Origin: a virus
Virus record (IMG/VR): IMGVR_UViG_3300042544_003795
Location: 32,001-96,000 of that record
Reading direction: 5' to 3' (one strand)
DNA: 64,000 bases
In this document: positions 46,497-57,936 of the stretch, piece after piece
Layout of the letters: each line of letters starts with the position of its first letter
How positions within the stretch are numbered: the first letter of the stretch is position 1
Position numbers and translations under genes: made by a program
Notes under the pieces: model-generated
The model's input: only the letters and a program-made list of their open reading frames with translations
What the model was told of the DNA's origin: nothing
The model's database searches: none

Positions 46497-47939
46497 TTAA
46501 AATTCAACTTTAGATACAATATTATATGAAAAATAAATCATAAATTGTCCAAGATGGGTATTTTTCCAATAATCTCTAAAATCATATAAATACTGATCAT
46601 TGAAAATATCTACAGTTATATCTTTTCCTGTCCTTTCGTATACATGTATATCTAAGCAGTCTCTTAAATATAAATCTCGGAATTCAATGAACCTTTCTAC
46701 TGCATTTTCATGATCGTTAATATGCCATTCTCCAGCGAAATTTTTAATATTATTTCTAATAAAATTGTAGTTCTCTTTTGTAAAGATTGAATATTCCCCA
46801 CCTTCGCAATCAAATTTTAAAAAATCAATTTTAGAAATATTATAATCTTTAATAATTTTTTCAAATGTAGTGGTAGAATATAAATCTCCTTCATGTTCAT
46901 ATATATAAACTCCGTTTTCTGGTATAGATTTTATATCTTCTTCATCAGAAATTGCCTTATTTATAAAAACAACAGGACCATGGGAAACATTTTTTCGCAA
47001 ATAATTTATAACATTATTTGATGGCTCAATACAATAAACCTGTTTCGGTTTTTTATCCAAAATTGAAAAAGTAAATGACCCATAGTTTGCCCCAATATCA
47101 AATACTATATCATCAGTTTTTACTTCTTGATGTTTTTCGTATGTTCTATAAATAAAATTTTCATTTTTAAATAAATTCACGTACTCTTGGTCTAAAGTCC
47201 CCCAATCGAAATTTGATATATTACTTACCCATTCTTGATTTTTTTTCGTGTTATCAATATAAATAATAATTGTTCCATAATATTCGATAAACCAATCATC
47301 CCAAAGACTCCATTTGATATCCATGTCATCCATAGAAAAAATTTGATGATTTTGCATTTCTTTTAAATACAAATCTCGAAATTCTTTAAATTTATCTTTT
47401 AATTCTCTATTATGTAAATGCCATTCTCCACTTATTTTTTTTACATTATTTTTTATCCATTCAAAATTTTCTAAATTAAATACATCGTATTCTCCACCTT
47501 CGCAATCTATTTTTAAAAAATCTATTTTCTCAATATTATATAAATCTATAAATGTTTTAAAGGTTAAAGAACAAGCCTCTGATTGGATAGACCACATATC
47601 AGGAAAGTTTTTATTATATAACCCATTAAAGATAATTTTACCATTTTTATCAGAGATGCCTTTGTTCAATAAAACAACATTGCTTTTATCTAATAAATTA
47701 GAACTTAAATTTTGAAATAATTCTGGATGAGGTTCTAAACAAAAAACTTTTTTAGGGTTTTTCTCTAGTATATTATAAGAGAATGGGCCTACACTAGCAC
47801 CTATATCTACGACGATATCATTCTCTTCTACGGAAAAAAATTTCTGATAATCATCTTTATCTATTATTTCATGTTTTAATATATTTAAAAACCAATCATC
47901 TTCGGCTATGAGACCCCAATCAAAATTTTTGTCAATCAT
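46497..47939 (-). CDS. FkbM-family methyltransferase, two tandem domains
   Basis: DIGA..G and IDFLK.DCEGGEY each occur twice. Confidence 0.9.
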   Translation of the reverse strand: MIDKNFDWGLIAEDDWFLNILKHEIIDKDDYQKFFSVEENDIVVDIGASVGPFSYNILEKNPKKVFCLEPHPELFQNLSSNLLDKSNVVLLNKGISDKNGKIIFNGLYNKNFPDMWSIQSEACSLTFKTFIDLYNIEKIDFLKIDCEGGEYDVFNLENFEWIKNNVKKISGEWHLHNRELKDKFKEFRDLYLKEMQNHQIFSMDDMDIKWSLWDDWFIEYYGTIIIYIDNTKKNQEWVSNISNFDWGTLDQEYVNLFKNENFIYRTYEKHQEVKTDDIVFDIGANYGSFTFSILDKKPKQVYCIEPSNNVINYLRKNVSHGPVVFINKAISDEEDIKSIPENGVYIYEHEGDLYSTTTFEKIIKDYNISKIDFLKFDCEGGEYSIFTKENYNFIRNNIKNFAGEWHINDHENAVERFIEFRDLYLRDCLDIHVYERTGKDITVDIFNDQYLYDFRDYWKNTHLGQFMIYFSYNIVSKVEF

Positions 47940-47941
47940 AT

Positions 47942-48820
47942 TTAAATTAAGTTTTTTTCAACTTCAAAATGGGCACTATCAGGAGGAGCAGCATTCTCGC
48001 AAAATTTACACAAATCAAAAGTTGAAAATGGGGCAGGCAATATATCATCATACTCTTGATTAAATAGATTGCCTATTATATGATCTAATCCATAATCCAT
48101 ACAACACAAAGAGACATCTCCATTAGGAAGCAAAACATTATGATATAATCTTTCATAACAGTTGCAAGTCATTTTTTTATCTCCATGATAAATTGTTTTA
48201 TATTTATCTTTTAAATTTAATAACTCAGGCTTTAAAATAGACTCATGCCTTAGGTTACCTGCTCTGGACCACATTTCGCTAGGTTGTATACCATCAAATA
48301 CATGTTTTACTTTTTCGTGGACTGATCCCATAGACATTATATAAAAATTATTAATTTCATTTCGGATTGAGCCGATATACTCTATTAACTCTATATATTT
48401 ATTGCTTATAGGATGCTTTGCTAAAAGTTCATTATCGGGGAGATGCAGAACAAAACCTCCGTTAGGATGACCAGCGAATGGTATATGTTTTATTCTCTCC
48501 ATATCTGATATACTCATACCTATACCAGTCGTAAATACAGCTATACCATGGCCTCTCTCATATGCATAGAGAACCATATCAGTGCAATTTTTGTTTAACC
48601 AAGGTTCTACAAAACCTGCAAATGTAATTCTTATTTCTTTAGGTAGTTTATCTATAATTTTTTTATAATCTTCAAAAGATAATACTTTATTTCCTTTATA
48701 TTTTTGAACCAATAATCTTTGAGGACAAAAAGAGCAGTCAACAATACATCCATTTAAAGGAATAGATGTCGTGATCTCTAAACAAGCATAAGGGGTTGAT
48801 TTCCAGTAATTTTTTAACAT
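47942..48820 (-). CDS. Radical SAM / SPASM protein
   Basis: CIVDCSFC; GDVSLCCMDY...C..C. Confidence 0.88.
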   Translation of the reverse strand: MLKNYWKSTPYACLEITTSIPLNGCIVDCSFCPQRLLVQKYKGNKVLSFEDYKKIIDKLPKEIRITFAGFVEPWLNKNCTDMVLYAYERGHGIAVFTTGIGMSISDMERIKHIPFAGHPNGGFVLHLPDNELLAKHPISNKYIELIEYIGSIRNEINNFYIMSMGSVHEKVKHVFDGIQPSEMWSRAGNLRHESILKPELLNLKDKYKTIYHGDKKMTCNCYERLYHNVLLPNGDVSLCCMDYGLDHIIGNLFNQEYDDILPAPFSTFDLCKFCENAAPPDSAHFEVEKNLI

Positions 48821-48826
48821 TTTTTA

Positions 48827-49960
48827 TTAACTTAAGTTTTTTAGATTATAAAGGACAGATTGTTTATGATTCTCATCTAAGGGCTCATGAATAGAAAGAT
48901 ATTTGAATATATCTCTAGATTCTTCGCATAATCCTGTCCACCATGCGCTTACAGCTTTTTCGAAAATTATACCATAAAATCCCGGATAGTCAATATCTGT
49001 TTTCAACTTTATACAATCATCTGAAGAAACTTTTTCTCCAATAGAAGATATTAAATATGCATTAAACCATTTTTGAGTTCTTTCATAGAATCTACTTAAA
49101 TAAAAATACCCTTCAGGTCTTTTAGGCATTAAAGCTACTGAATGTTGAAGCATTCCTTCTACAGAATTATTCCTACAACCTTGAGACTCAAAGCACATAG
49201 ATGCCCTTAATAAACATTCGTAAGACAATAAACTATCATAAGCTCTTTCAGCACACCTTAAATAATAAGAAACAGCAGAAGCCATTTGGCCTATATTATG
49301 ATAGAAGTAGCCCATACAAAAATTAATTTCAGCAGAATTAGGAAATTCTATATAGTGATTTAATAAACATTTTAATACATCTTCTTCACCCATTATTTTA
49401 TAGAAATCTGTAATAGAATGGATATTCATCCAATCTTTTTTATTCTTAATAAAATTTTCATAATTTATCTCTACGTTTATGTCAATTATATTTTGACTGC
49501 CTTTCCTTATGATTCCTAAGCCGTTATCCATATCAATAGTAATCATTTCCAGATCACTCCTATCTCTTCTTAAATTAACAAATGCTTTCCAGCAATCTCC
49601 TGTCCATATACCTCCTGAATATGGTATCGTTTGCATCTTTTCGTCGTAAGGCAACATATCATGACATATTATAACGCCTTCTTCACTAAGACAATTTAAA
49701 CTGTTTACAATATCTTTATATACTTGATCAGAGTGATGTAAGCCATCAATCAATATAATATCGAATTTTTCTGTATTCTCTTTGAAAAAAGTATCAGAAT
49801 CTTTTTTTAAAATATCACTTAAAGATGTATTCGGGTCAACCCCGATTTTATAATCTATTTTTACTTCTTTAAATGTTATAGCATTATCAATACCTATCTC
49901 AAGGTATTTTTTATAATTATTTTTTTTAATTAAATAATTTATTATATGTATTTTATCCAT
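48827..49960 (-). CDS. Methyltransferase fused to TPR-like domain
   Basis: YLEIG, IDGLH, WTGD.WK; C-terminal P.RPE.Y..L repeats. Confidence 0.8.
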   Translation of the reverse strand: MDKIHIINYLIKKNNYKKYLEIGIDNAITFKEVKIDYKIGVDPNTSLSDILKKDSDTFFKENTEKFDIILIDGLHHSDQVYKDIVNSLNCLSEEGVIICHDMLPYDEKMQTIPYSGGIWTGDCWKAFVNLRRDRSDLEMITIDMDNGLGIIRKGSQNIIDINVEINYENFIKNKKDWMNIHSITDFYKIMGEEDVLKCLLNHYIEFPNSAEINFCMGYFYHNIGQMASAVSYYLRCAERAYDSLLSYECLLRASMCFESQGCRNNSVEGMLQHSVALMPKRPEGYFYLSRFYERTQKWFNAYLISSIGEKVSSDDCIKLKTDIDYPGFYGIIFEKAVSAWWTGLCEESRDIFKYLSIHEPLDENHKQSVLYNLKNLS

Positions 49961-50722
49961 TTATATTTTAAATTTATTTTCTACTATTTCATAGCTATAA
50001 TTATGAACGAAATCTTTCCCATTAAAATCTCTACTAAATTCTTCTTCTATCAAATCATCCCAATTTCTATCATTTTTATGACTCCAATTTTTAACTTTTC
50101 TAAGCATCTCTTTTTTATTTTTAACCCATGAATAATGATGCAGAAGAACATTCCCATCCAATCCTAAAATAGGAGTTAAATCACCATGTATTAGTCTTTG
50201 TTCATCCCATAATTTTTGATAGAATTGTTTTAATTCTAAGGGACTATTTAAGTCCCAATCTTTACAATCTTTTTTTTGTATAAGAACTCCAGCGCTTTCT
50301 GTTTGAGTAGCTTTATAGAAAGGCTCTCTAAAATACCAATTACAAGTAAAATTAAAACATAAATCTTTAGAACTATTATGTTGGAACCATTCTTTAAAAT
50401 TGTCATCGACTATTTCATCAGAATCTAAAAATAAAACCCAATCATTCTTAGCTGAATCAAGACCCGTTTTTCTACTGAGGTTATTATAATAAGTAGGGAT
50501 TTCTGTAACTCCTTCCCACCGTATATTTAATATTTTACATTTATTAAAACTATTTATTATATCTATTGATTTAGATAATAAATCATCATTTTCCTTTTCG
50601 CCATTGTAAAAATGATCGCATATAGTAACTATAATTTCATCACTAAACTTGTCACATTGTAATAGATTTATTTTTAAAAATTTTAAATCATTAGAGTTGT
50701 ATTGTAAAACTGTTGATATCAT
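49961..50722 (-). CDS. GT2-like glycosyltransferase
   Basis: DWVLFLDSDE, HHYSW. Confidence 0.8.
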   Translation of the reverse strand: MISTVLQYNSNDLKFLKINLLQCDKFSDEIIVTICDHFYNGEKENDDLLSKSIDIINSFNKCKILNIRWEGVTEIPTYYNNLSRKTGLDSAKNDWVLFLDSDEIVDDNFKEWFQHNSSKDLCFNFTCNWYFREPFYKATQTESAGVLIQKKDCKDWDLNSPLELKQFYQKLWDEQRLIHGDLTPILGLDGNVLLHHYSWVKNKKEMLRKVKNWSHKNDRNWDDLIEEEFSRDFNGKDFVHNYSYEIVENKFKI

Positions 50723-50723
50723 A

Positions 50724-51704
50724 TTAAGAATAAACGAATTTTTCAATAAAGCTTTTAGGGCATTTTAATAAATAAGCTGCATTGTCTTGAAAACCGAAAG
50801 AGATTAAATAATTATCTTCGTATTCAGCTAATCCTATACAGAACTCAACATCTGCATCCATAAAATGGAATTCAGGAGTAACTTTAACTATATCAAAATT
50901 TTTGTCCCACACTATAAAACGATGATAATAAACAGCATCTTTTCTTCCAGCTTCACTTTTAAATAAATCTACTTCGTGAGTTATAGCAAAGTAACCATCT
51001 TTAAAAGGTAAAATTTGAGATCCACCTCTTAAATCTCTAGGAAGATTTACAGATTTTCCAAATTTAAGAGTTTCAGAAAATCCAGTTTCAGTATCAAATT
51101 TAACTAACTCTGTTGGATTTGCCCACTTTACATAATGGAATGGCATATCCAAAATTGGCATCCAATTTTTTTCACAATAAGAATCAGGATTGGTTAATAA
51201 TTCTATCCTTTTTCTACTTATTTCTTTAACTCCGTTTTCAAAAATTTCTATTTCAGATAATTCCATTCTCCCTTGACCGTTAGTGGTTGTATCTCTTCTA
51301 ACTCCACTAATAAATAATTTATTATCCCATTCTATTAAACGAGCATCTTCTAATCCTACAAAGTCCCACAGAGGTTCGTATATATCGAATTCGCTTGTAT
51401 CTATTTTAAAGAATTTTTCTATTTTAAATTTATTTGATAATTCACAATACCAATTCCAAGTTCTTAAGTGTACATCATTCTCAGGATGAATATAAGTCAA
51501 TGGTCCATAAGGATGTTGAAATAATTTTTTCTCAGAATGATAGAACGTATAATTAACATGTCTAATTATAACTGTTATTTTTCCATCTTTTACCATTACA
51601 GATGGATTCATTAATCCTGTGCCATTTGTAAATTCTGAAGGTAAAATGAGAGGATATATATCTCCCCCATTATTCAAAATACATTTTACCAAATTTTTTT
51701 CCAT
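50724..51704 (-). CDS. Five-bladed beta-propeller glycosidase/phosphorylase-like protein
   Basis: MNPS, GLEDARL, EKNW.P, RGGS, VEFC.GL. Confidence 0.75.
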   Translation of the reverse strand: MEKNLVKCILNNGGDIYPLILPSEFTNGTGLMNPSVMVKDGKITVIIRHVNYTFYHSEKKLFQHPYGPLTYIHPENDVHLRTWNWYCELSNKFKIEKFFKIDTSEFDIYEPLWDFVGLEDARLIEWDNKLFISGVRRDTTTNGQGRMELSEIEIFENGVKEISRKRIELLTNPDSYCEKNWMPILDMPFHYVKWANPTELVKFDTETGFSETLKFGKSVNLPRDLRGGSQILPFKDGYFAITHEVDLFKSEAGRKDAVYYHRFIVWDKNFDIVKVTPEFHFMDADVEFCIGLAEYEDNYLISFGFQDNAAYLLKCPKSFIEKFVYS

Positions 51705-51723
51705 AATTTAATATATTCAGATT

Positions 51724-52629
51724 TTATTTTCTTATTGTATTGTAATTACTTTTCACAAAGTCAACTGTTTCTTTAAGACCATCTCTTAAAGAAGTAAACT
51801 GAAAATTAGGCAAATATTTTTTAATTTTAGAATTATCACTAGGTTTTCTATATTGTCCATTAGGTTTAGATTCGTCCCATATAACTTTTCCATCGAATTC
51901 CATTAATTCAACTACTAAATTTACGACTTCTCTAATAGAAATTTCTTGGCTAGAAGATAAAATGATAGGTTCTTCTTCACTGTAATTTTCCAAAATCCAT
52001 TCTGAAAGAAAAGCCACATCTCTACTAAATATAAATTCTCTTAATGGTTCACCGTTTCCCCAAATAGTTAATGGAGTATTGGTATTTTTAGCTATATAGC
52101 ATTTATGAACTATACATGGGATCACATGGCCATTTATTAAATTAAAATTATCATTTGGGCCATAGATATTGCATGGGATTACACATTTATAATTAGTTCC
52201 GTATTGCTCTTTGTATGATTTAATTTGAATATCCAACATCCTTTTAGAATAGGCATAAGAGTCATTAGAAAAATGAGGAGGACCTAAATGTATTTTTTTT
52301 TCAGTCAAAGGATAAGATGTATCGTCTGGAAAAATGCAAGTTGATAAAAATGCTACTAAATTTTTGACTCCATGTTTAAAAGAAGAATTGATAACATTTG
52401 TATTCATCATAATATTCTCATAAAAAAAATCTCCTTTACTTGACATATTACTTAAAACTCCCCCAACTTTTGCTGCACAATGAATTAAATTATCTGGCTT
52501 CTCTTTTTCAAAAAACAAATCAACATCTTTTTGATTTATTAAATTTACATCTTTAGATGAAAGCTTAATGCATTTATCAGAAAACTCTGATCCAACTAGA
52601 CCTGATCCACCTGTTATTACGGTTTTCAT
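51724..52629 (-). CDS. fcl: GDP-L-fucose synthase
   Basis: TGGSGLVG, AAKVGG, STCIFP, YAYSKR, NIYGP.DNF, WG.G.PLREF. Confidence 0.92.
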   Translation of the reverse strand: MKTVITGGSGLVGSEFSDKCIKLSSKDVNLINQKDVDLFFEKEKPDNLIHCAAKVGGVLSNMSSKGDFFYENIMMNTNVINSSFKHGVKNLVAFLSTCIFPDDTSYPLTEKKIHLGPPHFSNDSYAYSKRMLDIQIKSYKEQYGTNYKCVIPCNIYGPNDNFNLINGHVIPCIVHKCYIAKNTNTPLTIWGNGEPLREFIFSRDVAFLSEWILENYSEEEPIILSSSQEISIREVVNLVVELMEFDGKVIWDESKPNGQYRKPSDNSKIKKYLPNFQFTSLRDGLKETVDFVKSNYNTIRK

Positions 52630-53274
52630 TTATTTTATTAATTTGTATTTTTTAAATTCTTCTAATATTAAAGGCATAGCTTTCTGATTTAAATGGATAT
52701 GACAGCTATCCCAATCATCTAAATAATCAGGATTAGTTTTGCCATCCATGACCATATTATCAAAAATAGAAAGGATTCCAATCCCAGTCCCTATACTTAA
52801 AGATTTTAAGTATTTGTAAAAAATCTGTGTCCATTCATTTCTTTCTATACTTGTTCCAAAAGATGGTCCAGAAGTATAAGGTTTATAATCACTCCAAGAT
52901 GCAATAGGAGACCAAACTAATAATTTGTATCCTAAATTATGATAATGCATTATCACATCCCAGTATCTATCAACACACTCTTTTATTACATCTTCTATAG
53001 AACGATTTTGAATTTCAGATTGTTTCTTAATATGAGCTCTGATATCTACCTCACCAAAACAAAAAGCAATCATATCTTCATTCTTATTTACTCTACTAAA
53101 AAGTATTTCATTAATAATTGAAATTTTATTTGATAAATTATAAGCTAAAGCTGGACCTATACGATATGAACGAAAAAAATCCAAAGCATCATCAGAAAGC
53201 TGAGGCCATATCGGCTGCATCTCTTCTCTTCCACTAAAAACAGATGAATGACTATCCCCTATACAATGTATCAT
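52630..53274 (-). CDS. SGNH-hydrolase-like protein
   Basis: GDSH, GEVD.R, D..H. Confidence 0.75.
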   Translation of the reverse strand: MIHCIGDSHSSVFSGREEMQPIWPQLSDDALDFFRSYRIGPALAYNLSNKISIINEILFSRVNKNEDMIAFCFGEVDIRAHIKKQSEIQNRSIEDVIKECVDRYWDVIMHYHNLGYKLLVWSPIASWSDYKPYTSGPSFGTSIERNEWTQIFYKYLKSLSIGTGIGILSIFDNMVMDGKTNPDYLDDWDSCHIHLNQKAMPLILEEFKKYKLIK

Positions 53275-54232
53275 ATTTTTCCTTTAATCTTTTACAGAAA
53301 TTTTTCTCATAGGTCCATCCATCTTCTCCACCTATGCCCCATTTATTTTTGTTACCATAAACAGTATTAAACATAATATGTACGCCAAATCCATTTTTAA
53401 CAAAAACTATTTTTTTATCATTTTCCCTAATAAAGTTATTGAGAGATATCTCATCGTAACTATCGTTATTTATTAATGTCAAACTATTTTTCCAGTCTGA
53501 AGTCTTAATAAAAAAGAAACTATTTGTAAAATATGGGAGAGAAGATTCAAAAGAAGAGAAACTATATTCTTGTTTATTGAATAAAAGTTCTATATTATTT
53601 ATTATATAATCATTAATTAAAACTTGAGCGTCATAATTTATTCTCAAAGGATGTATACCTTTTGTTTTCGTATCGAGATCTAACACTGCTTGATTGAAGA
53701 GTTTGAAATCCCATTTATCCGCAAGAATTGTAAACGAATTTAAAGGAGAGTAGTCCACCCCCCAAAGACCATTAGGCATTTCTTGTTTTAGAAAAAGATT
53801 AAAAATATTATCTTTAACAGATTCCTCTTTAATAAAATCATTTATAAAAAAATCACAAGGAATATTATTACTAAGAGTCGGAGATATTAAGAATTCAGAA
53901 TCTAGTATTCCAATATTTTCTATTATAAAATTCCAAGTATGATCACTAATAAAACAATCTTCATCTAACTTGCAACTGTATTTAGTAGAGGCTTCCGTAG
54001 CTATATTTATTTTACACAAATAATTATCATTTCTATTCTCATCTATTTTATAAAGAGAAGTAGATATACCTAAATCTTCGATAGCTGAATCCCAGTCATA
54101 ATCTCTAGAATAAAGAATATTAAGATGTATTTTTGATTTATTTTCATCTGAAATATTTTTTAATATATTTTTACTCAAATTGAAATACTCAGGTCTACTA
54201 TGAGACAGATAATTAATAGTTAAAATTTTCAT
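53252..54232 (-). CDS. Putative glycosyltransferase
   Basis: KLDED DxD-like motif; context. Confidence 0.55.
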   Translation of the reverse strand: MKILTINYLSHSRPEYFNLSKNILKNISDENKSKIHLNILYSRDYDWDSAIEDLGISTSLYKIDENRNDNYLCKINIATEASTKYSCKLDEDCFISDHTWNFIIENIGILDSEFLISPTLSNNIPCDFFINDFIKEESVKDNIFNLFLKQEMPNGLWGVDYSPLNSFTILADKWDFKLFNQAVLDLDTKTKGIHPLRINYDAQVLINDYIINNIELLFNKQEYSFSSFESSLPYFTNSFFFIKTSDWKNSLTLINNDSYDEISLNNFIRENDKKIVFVKNGFGVHIMFNTVYGNKNKWGIGGEDGWTYEKNFCKRLKEKYDTLYRG

Positions 54233-55014
54233 TTCATTAAATTAGATCTAACAAATTCTTTCATAGGGCAATGTTTAGAATACCCAACTCTTTTTATACT
54301 AAAGTACTTATCTGAATGCTTCTGAATAATTTGAGAAATATTTATTATCCAATTCCTTGGCATAGGATTTGATGGATCATATGTTCCAAAATGACTAGGA
54401 AATTGCCATTTTTGACCGGACATTAAAATTGAATAACCCGGATAAAAACTAATACAATCAGAGTTTGGGTACTTGTCTAGACATAAATCTATATTTTTTT
54501 TACTATTTAGCATAGATTTATTAGTTAAAATCATACATTCCCAATTAGATACCATAGGTTGTTCTAATTTTAAATCTAAATACAAATTCTTCCCATCCCA
54601 TCTTCCGTAAGGTTGCGAAAGAGGAAATCCTACTACATCTTTCGAAGAATCTTTTCCCTGATATGACTGTTCCCAATTTTCTGTATTAAGAAATTGAGCA
54701 TAATTACAGTCTTTTTCCAAAACAATTGGATTTATAAAATACTGATTAGCTGAAACTAAGCAGAAGTGATCGAAAGAATTGATTTCCTCTTCAGATAACG
54801 AATTTAAAACTTCAGTGAATGCTCCAAAAATAAAACTCGAATGATCGACTGGTCCAAGTTTATGCCTAGTTCTTATTTTCGGATGATTTAAAGTAGGGTG
54901 ATTTACTATAAAATCGGAATTTTTATGAAAGAATAAAATGTTGTTTATTAAATCATCAATATCTTCATTTGTTTGCAAATCATTATGCGCAAAAATAATA
55001 AAACAGCATCTCAT
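54229..55014 (-). CDS. Hypothetical glycan-cluster protein
   Basis: Coupled ORF. Confidence 0.6.
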   Translation of the reverse strand: MRCCFIIFAHNDLQTNEDIDDLINNILFFHKNSDFIVNHPTLNHPKIRTRHKLGPVDHSSFIFGAFTEVLNSLSEEEINSFDHFCLVSANQYFINPIVLEKDCNYAQFLNTENWEQSYQGKDSSKDVVGFPLSQPYGRWDGKNLYLDLKLEQPMVSNWECMILTNKSMLNSKKNIDLCLDKYPNSDCISFYPGYSILMSGQKWQFPSHFGTYDPSNPMPRNWIINISQIIQKHSDKYFSIKRVGYSKHCPMKEFVRSNLMK

Positions 55015-55388
55015 TGTCTGTAAGCAATAACTCTACAAATTTTTCCCTCTTCGTTAAAAGATATTGAATCTAAAACTTTTAACATATTTCCGTCTACATT
55101 AATTAGAATAGGACAAAAAAAGGTATCGAAGTTTTTATTAGTACTTTCTATTTGTTGAAAAATTTCGCCATAAAAAAATGTATTCCTATAAATTATAATT
55201 TTTTCACATTTACTAAATATTTCTTTATTAGCATTTAAGAAAGCTTCTTTCCCCTCTACTTCAATTTCCCAATCAATTAAACAAGCATCATCTGATAATA
55301 GTTCAGATAAAGCAGATAAGTCTTTATCAGAAAAAGCTGAAAAATAGTCATTTAGTTTTTTAAAATAGAATTGTTTTTCGAATTTCAT
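55011..55388 (-). CDS. SnoaL/NTF2-like protein
   Basis: YF.AFS.KD...L.DW...G, D.I.F...GKI..V.AY. Confidence 0.75.
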   Translation of the reverse strand: MKFEKQFYFKKLNDYFSAFSDKDLSALSELLSDDACLIDWEIEVEGKEAFLNANKEIFSKCEKIIIYRNTFFYGEIFQQIESTNKNFDTFFCPILINVDGNMLKVLDSISFNEEGKICRVIAYRQ

Positions 55389-56383
55389 ATTAAGATTTGT
55401 TCTATTCTTTTTTGGATTGCTTGTTTGATATCTATGTATACATCCGGACCTAAGATTTGTTTTAATTTCTTAAAAGAAGGGTAAGAAAAAACATAATGAC
55501 CGCATATTGAAATAGTTTCTAGTACATTATTATCTGGCTTAAAATCTTTGTCTACCCACTTTACCCATTTATTAGAATCTTTACAAATCTTAAAAAATTC
55601 GAATATATATAAATCGCCTCTTTCTTGTAACTTTTTAGCAATAATATCACTTTCTATTTTTCCAAATTCTGGAGCTATATTAATACAATCTAGACCAAGT
55701 TCAAATTTTTCCTTTATTAAATCAGAAGACAAATAATCTCCATTATGTTCTTTTGATATAAAATTAAATTTTTGACTAATTTTAATCATATCTTTTAATT
55801 GATCAGAAGAATATGAACCTATATTTTTATTAGCTTTTAAAGCTGTTCCAGATTGTATAACTAAATATTTTATATTACTAAAAACTTCTGGATTCAAATT
55901 ATTTTTTAGATCCGAAACAAATTTATCTAATTCATCTACAGAAAATTTTCTAATAGCCTCTTCTGTACCTACTTCAAACTCAATATAGGGATTCCATATA
56001 TAAGCTTGGTTGATCAAAGATATAGTTTCTTTAAGTCCTAAGTCGTAATCTGAATATTTTTTCCAAGGATCAATATGAATTAAATCTAAACTTAAGCAAT
56101 CATTTTTTAAAGAATCTATTCCATCATCATCTACTTGACCTTGATATGGCCCCCCATGATCTCTAACTAAAGTAACTAATGATGTTTTACCTTTAACATA
56201 AGATGAAAAAGATTCTGTTGTATTCGCTAAACCATTATCTAAGAAGTCAACGTAGCCACCCGAAAAGTCAATTTGCCTTCTTGAAGGAATTAAACCTAAA
56301 GGAGTATTGTAGATATTAGCATAATCAATAACTGAATCAATAACGCTTTTGCTAACTGGACCTATAAACAATTTCGGTTGCAT
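55385..56383 (-). CDS. GatZ/KbaZ-like TIM-barrel (sugar epimerase/aldolase family)
   Basis: SRRQID..GGY, RDHGGP, IHIDP, EVGTEE, KEHNGDY, NIAPEFG. Confidence 0.78.
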   Translation of the reverse strand: MQPKLFIGPVSKSVIDSVIDYANIYNTPLGLIPSRRQIDFSGGYVDFLDNGLANTTESFSSYVKGKTSLVTLVRDHGGPYQGQVDDDGIDSLKNDCLSLDLIHIDPWKKYSDYDLGLKETISLINQAYIWNPYIEFEVGTEEAIRKFSVDELDKFVSDLKNNLNPEVFSNIKYLVIQSGTALKANKNIGSYSSDQLKDMIKISQKFNFISKEHNGDYLSSDLIKEKFELGLDCINIAPEFGKIESDIIAKKLQERGDLYIFEFFKICKDSNKWVKWVDKDFKPDNNVLETISICGHYVFSYPSFKKLKQILGPDVYIDIKQAIQKRIEQILI

Positions 56384-57936
56384 AAAAATAGAGATTTGTG
56401 TAAATTATAAATACCAAAATAGTATAAAAATTCTCCCATCTTAAATTCATGCAAAGGAGACATGTTTAACCAAATTATAGCAGTCAATACATTTATTTTT
56501 TTTAAATCAAAACCATTAGATATTACCCATTCATTAAAGAACTCTTTGCAATTTATTAAACGCTCACTTCTTAAAATATCGCATTCAATTACATCGTCTC
56601 GAACATTTACATGAAACAACTCTTTAAAAAGAATATCGTGATTTAATATAAGATTATGATTTAATTTTGCTAAATCGTAATATATATCACCATTTAATAT
56701 AGAACCTCCGAAATCTTGTCTCCAATCAAGCAGAACAAATTCACCATTGTCATAAATAATATTATCAAGAATAAAATCCCCGTGGAATCTAAATACAGAA
56801 TCTGTACATAACCAATCTATATCTATACTTTCTAAGATAGATTTTAAACTAGGGATTTCTCTACCATTAATGATTAATTTTTTATCGAATATTTTATTAT
56901 TAGATTGGAAAGTCGAAACTCTTTTTTGAGTTTTATCGAAATAAAAATCATAACAAATCTTTTTAAAATCTTGATCTACGCCTTTACTTTTCCATAAATT
57001 GTTTTTACTCCATTTCAAAAAGTCAGAAAAAATATTAGTATTAACACAAGATGCTAACAACTCACCTTTAGCGTATTCATATTTATAAAAATTCTTTGAA
57101 CTAGATATAATTGAAGGCGTTACATCTTTCAACTCAAGCGCTCTAGCCACTCTATTAGCACAAATATTTTCATTATTAAAGAATTTTATAACGAAATCTT
57201 GAAATATAAAAATAGATTCATCATCTTTGTCAAGTAAATGAAATTTATCTGATATTACTTCTCTTGATTTTTTTAACTCAAAAGAATTACCTGTGTCTAA
57301 CCATTCTGGAAAAATAATATTATTCCAGTTTACATTCATTCTATTAATAGCATGACAGTCGCTTAAAGAAGAATCTAAAGGATTTTCATTGTATATATCC
57401 TCTAAATTTTTCCAAAACAATTCATAAGATGAAATACCAGCTAATCCTATGTAAGCAAGATTAGAAACTAAACTACCCTTATCATATATAAATCCATTTT
57501 TCCCAATAGTTCTATACTCAGAACAATTTTCTTTCTCACAAATACCTAACCAATCACTTTTAAATTTTTCATCAGAAAAATCAAAAGAATCTTTACTGAC
57601 TATAGTATCAGAAGAATGGAATATAAACTTGCATTGCAAATGCTCTTTAGCTTTTAATAAAGAATAAGCTAAACTAGATCCATCTCCATAGTATTTATCA
57701 ACTTCAACGAATGTTATTTTTCTTTTAGGATACGCCAATTCTACAAATTGTTTTACATAATCACCGAAATAACCAAGAGTTATAACTATTTCAGTATCTT
57801 CAGGATAACTTTCTATAATGTAAGAGAGAGTAGGTTTTTTGCCTACCCTAATAAGAGACTTATTAGTATATTTAGTTAAATTGCCAAGACGAGATCCTAT
57901 ACCACTCGTAGTGATTAATACTTTAAACTCTTCCAT
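56362..57936 (-). CDS. Nucleotidyltransferase fused to APH/choline-kinase-like domain
   Basis: SGIGSRL..LT...NK; FHGDF..DNI, LLDWR, YDLAK. Confidence 0.85.
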   Translation of the reverse strand: MEEFKVLITTSGIGSRLGNLTKYTNKSLIRVGKKPTLSYIIESYPEDTEIVITLGYFGDYVKQFVELAYPKRKITFVEVDKYYGDGSSLAYSLLKAKEHLQCKFIFHSSDTIVSKDSFDFSDEKFKSDWLGICEKENCSEYRTIGKNGFIYDKGSLVSNLAYIGLAGISSYELFWKNLEDIYNENPLDSSLSDCHAINRMNVNWNNIIFPEWLDTGNSFELKKSREVISDKFHLLDKDDESIFIFQDFVIKFFNNENICANRVARALELKDVTPSIISSSKNFYKYEYAKGELLASCVNTNIFSDFLKWSKNNLWKSKGVDQDFKKICYDFYFDKTQKRVSTFQSNNKIFDKKLIINGREIPSLKSILESIDIDWLCTDSVFRFHGDFILDNIIYDNGEFVLLDWRQDFGGSILNGDIYYDLAKLNHNLILNHDILFKELFHVNVRDDVIECDILRSERLINCKEFFNEWVISNGFDLKKINVLTAIIWLNMSPLHEFKMGEFLYYFGIYNLHKSLFLCNRNCL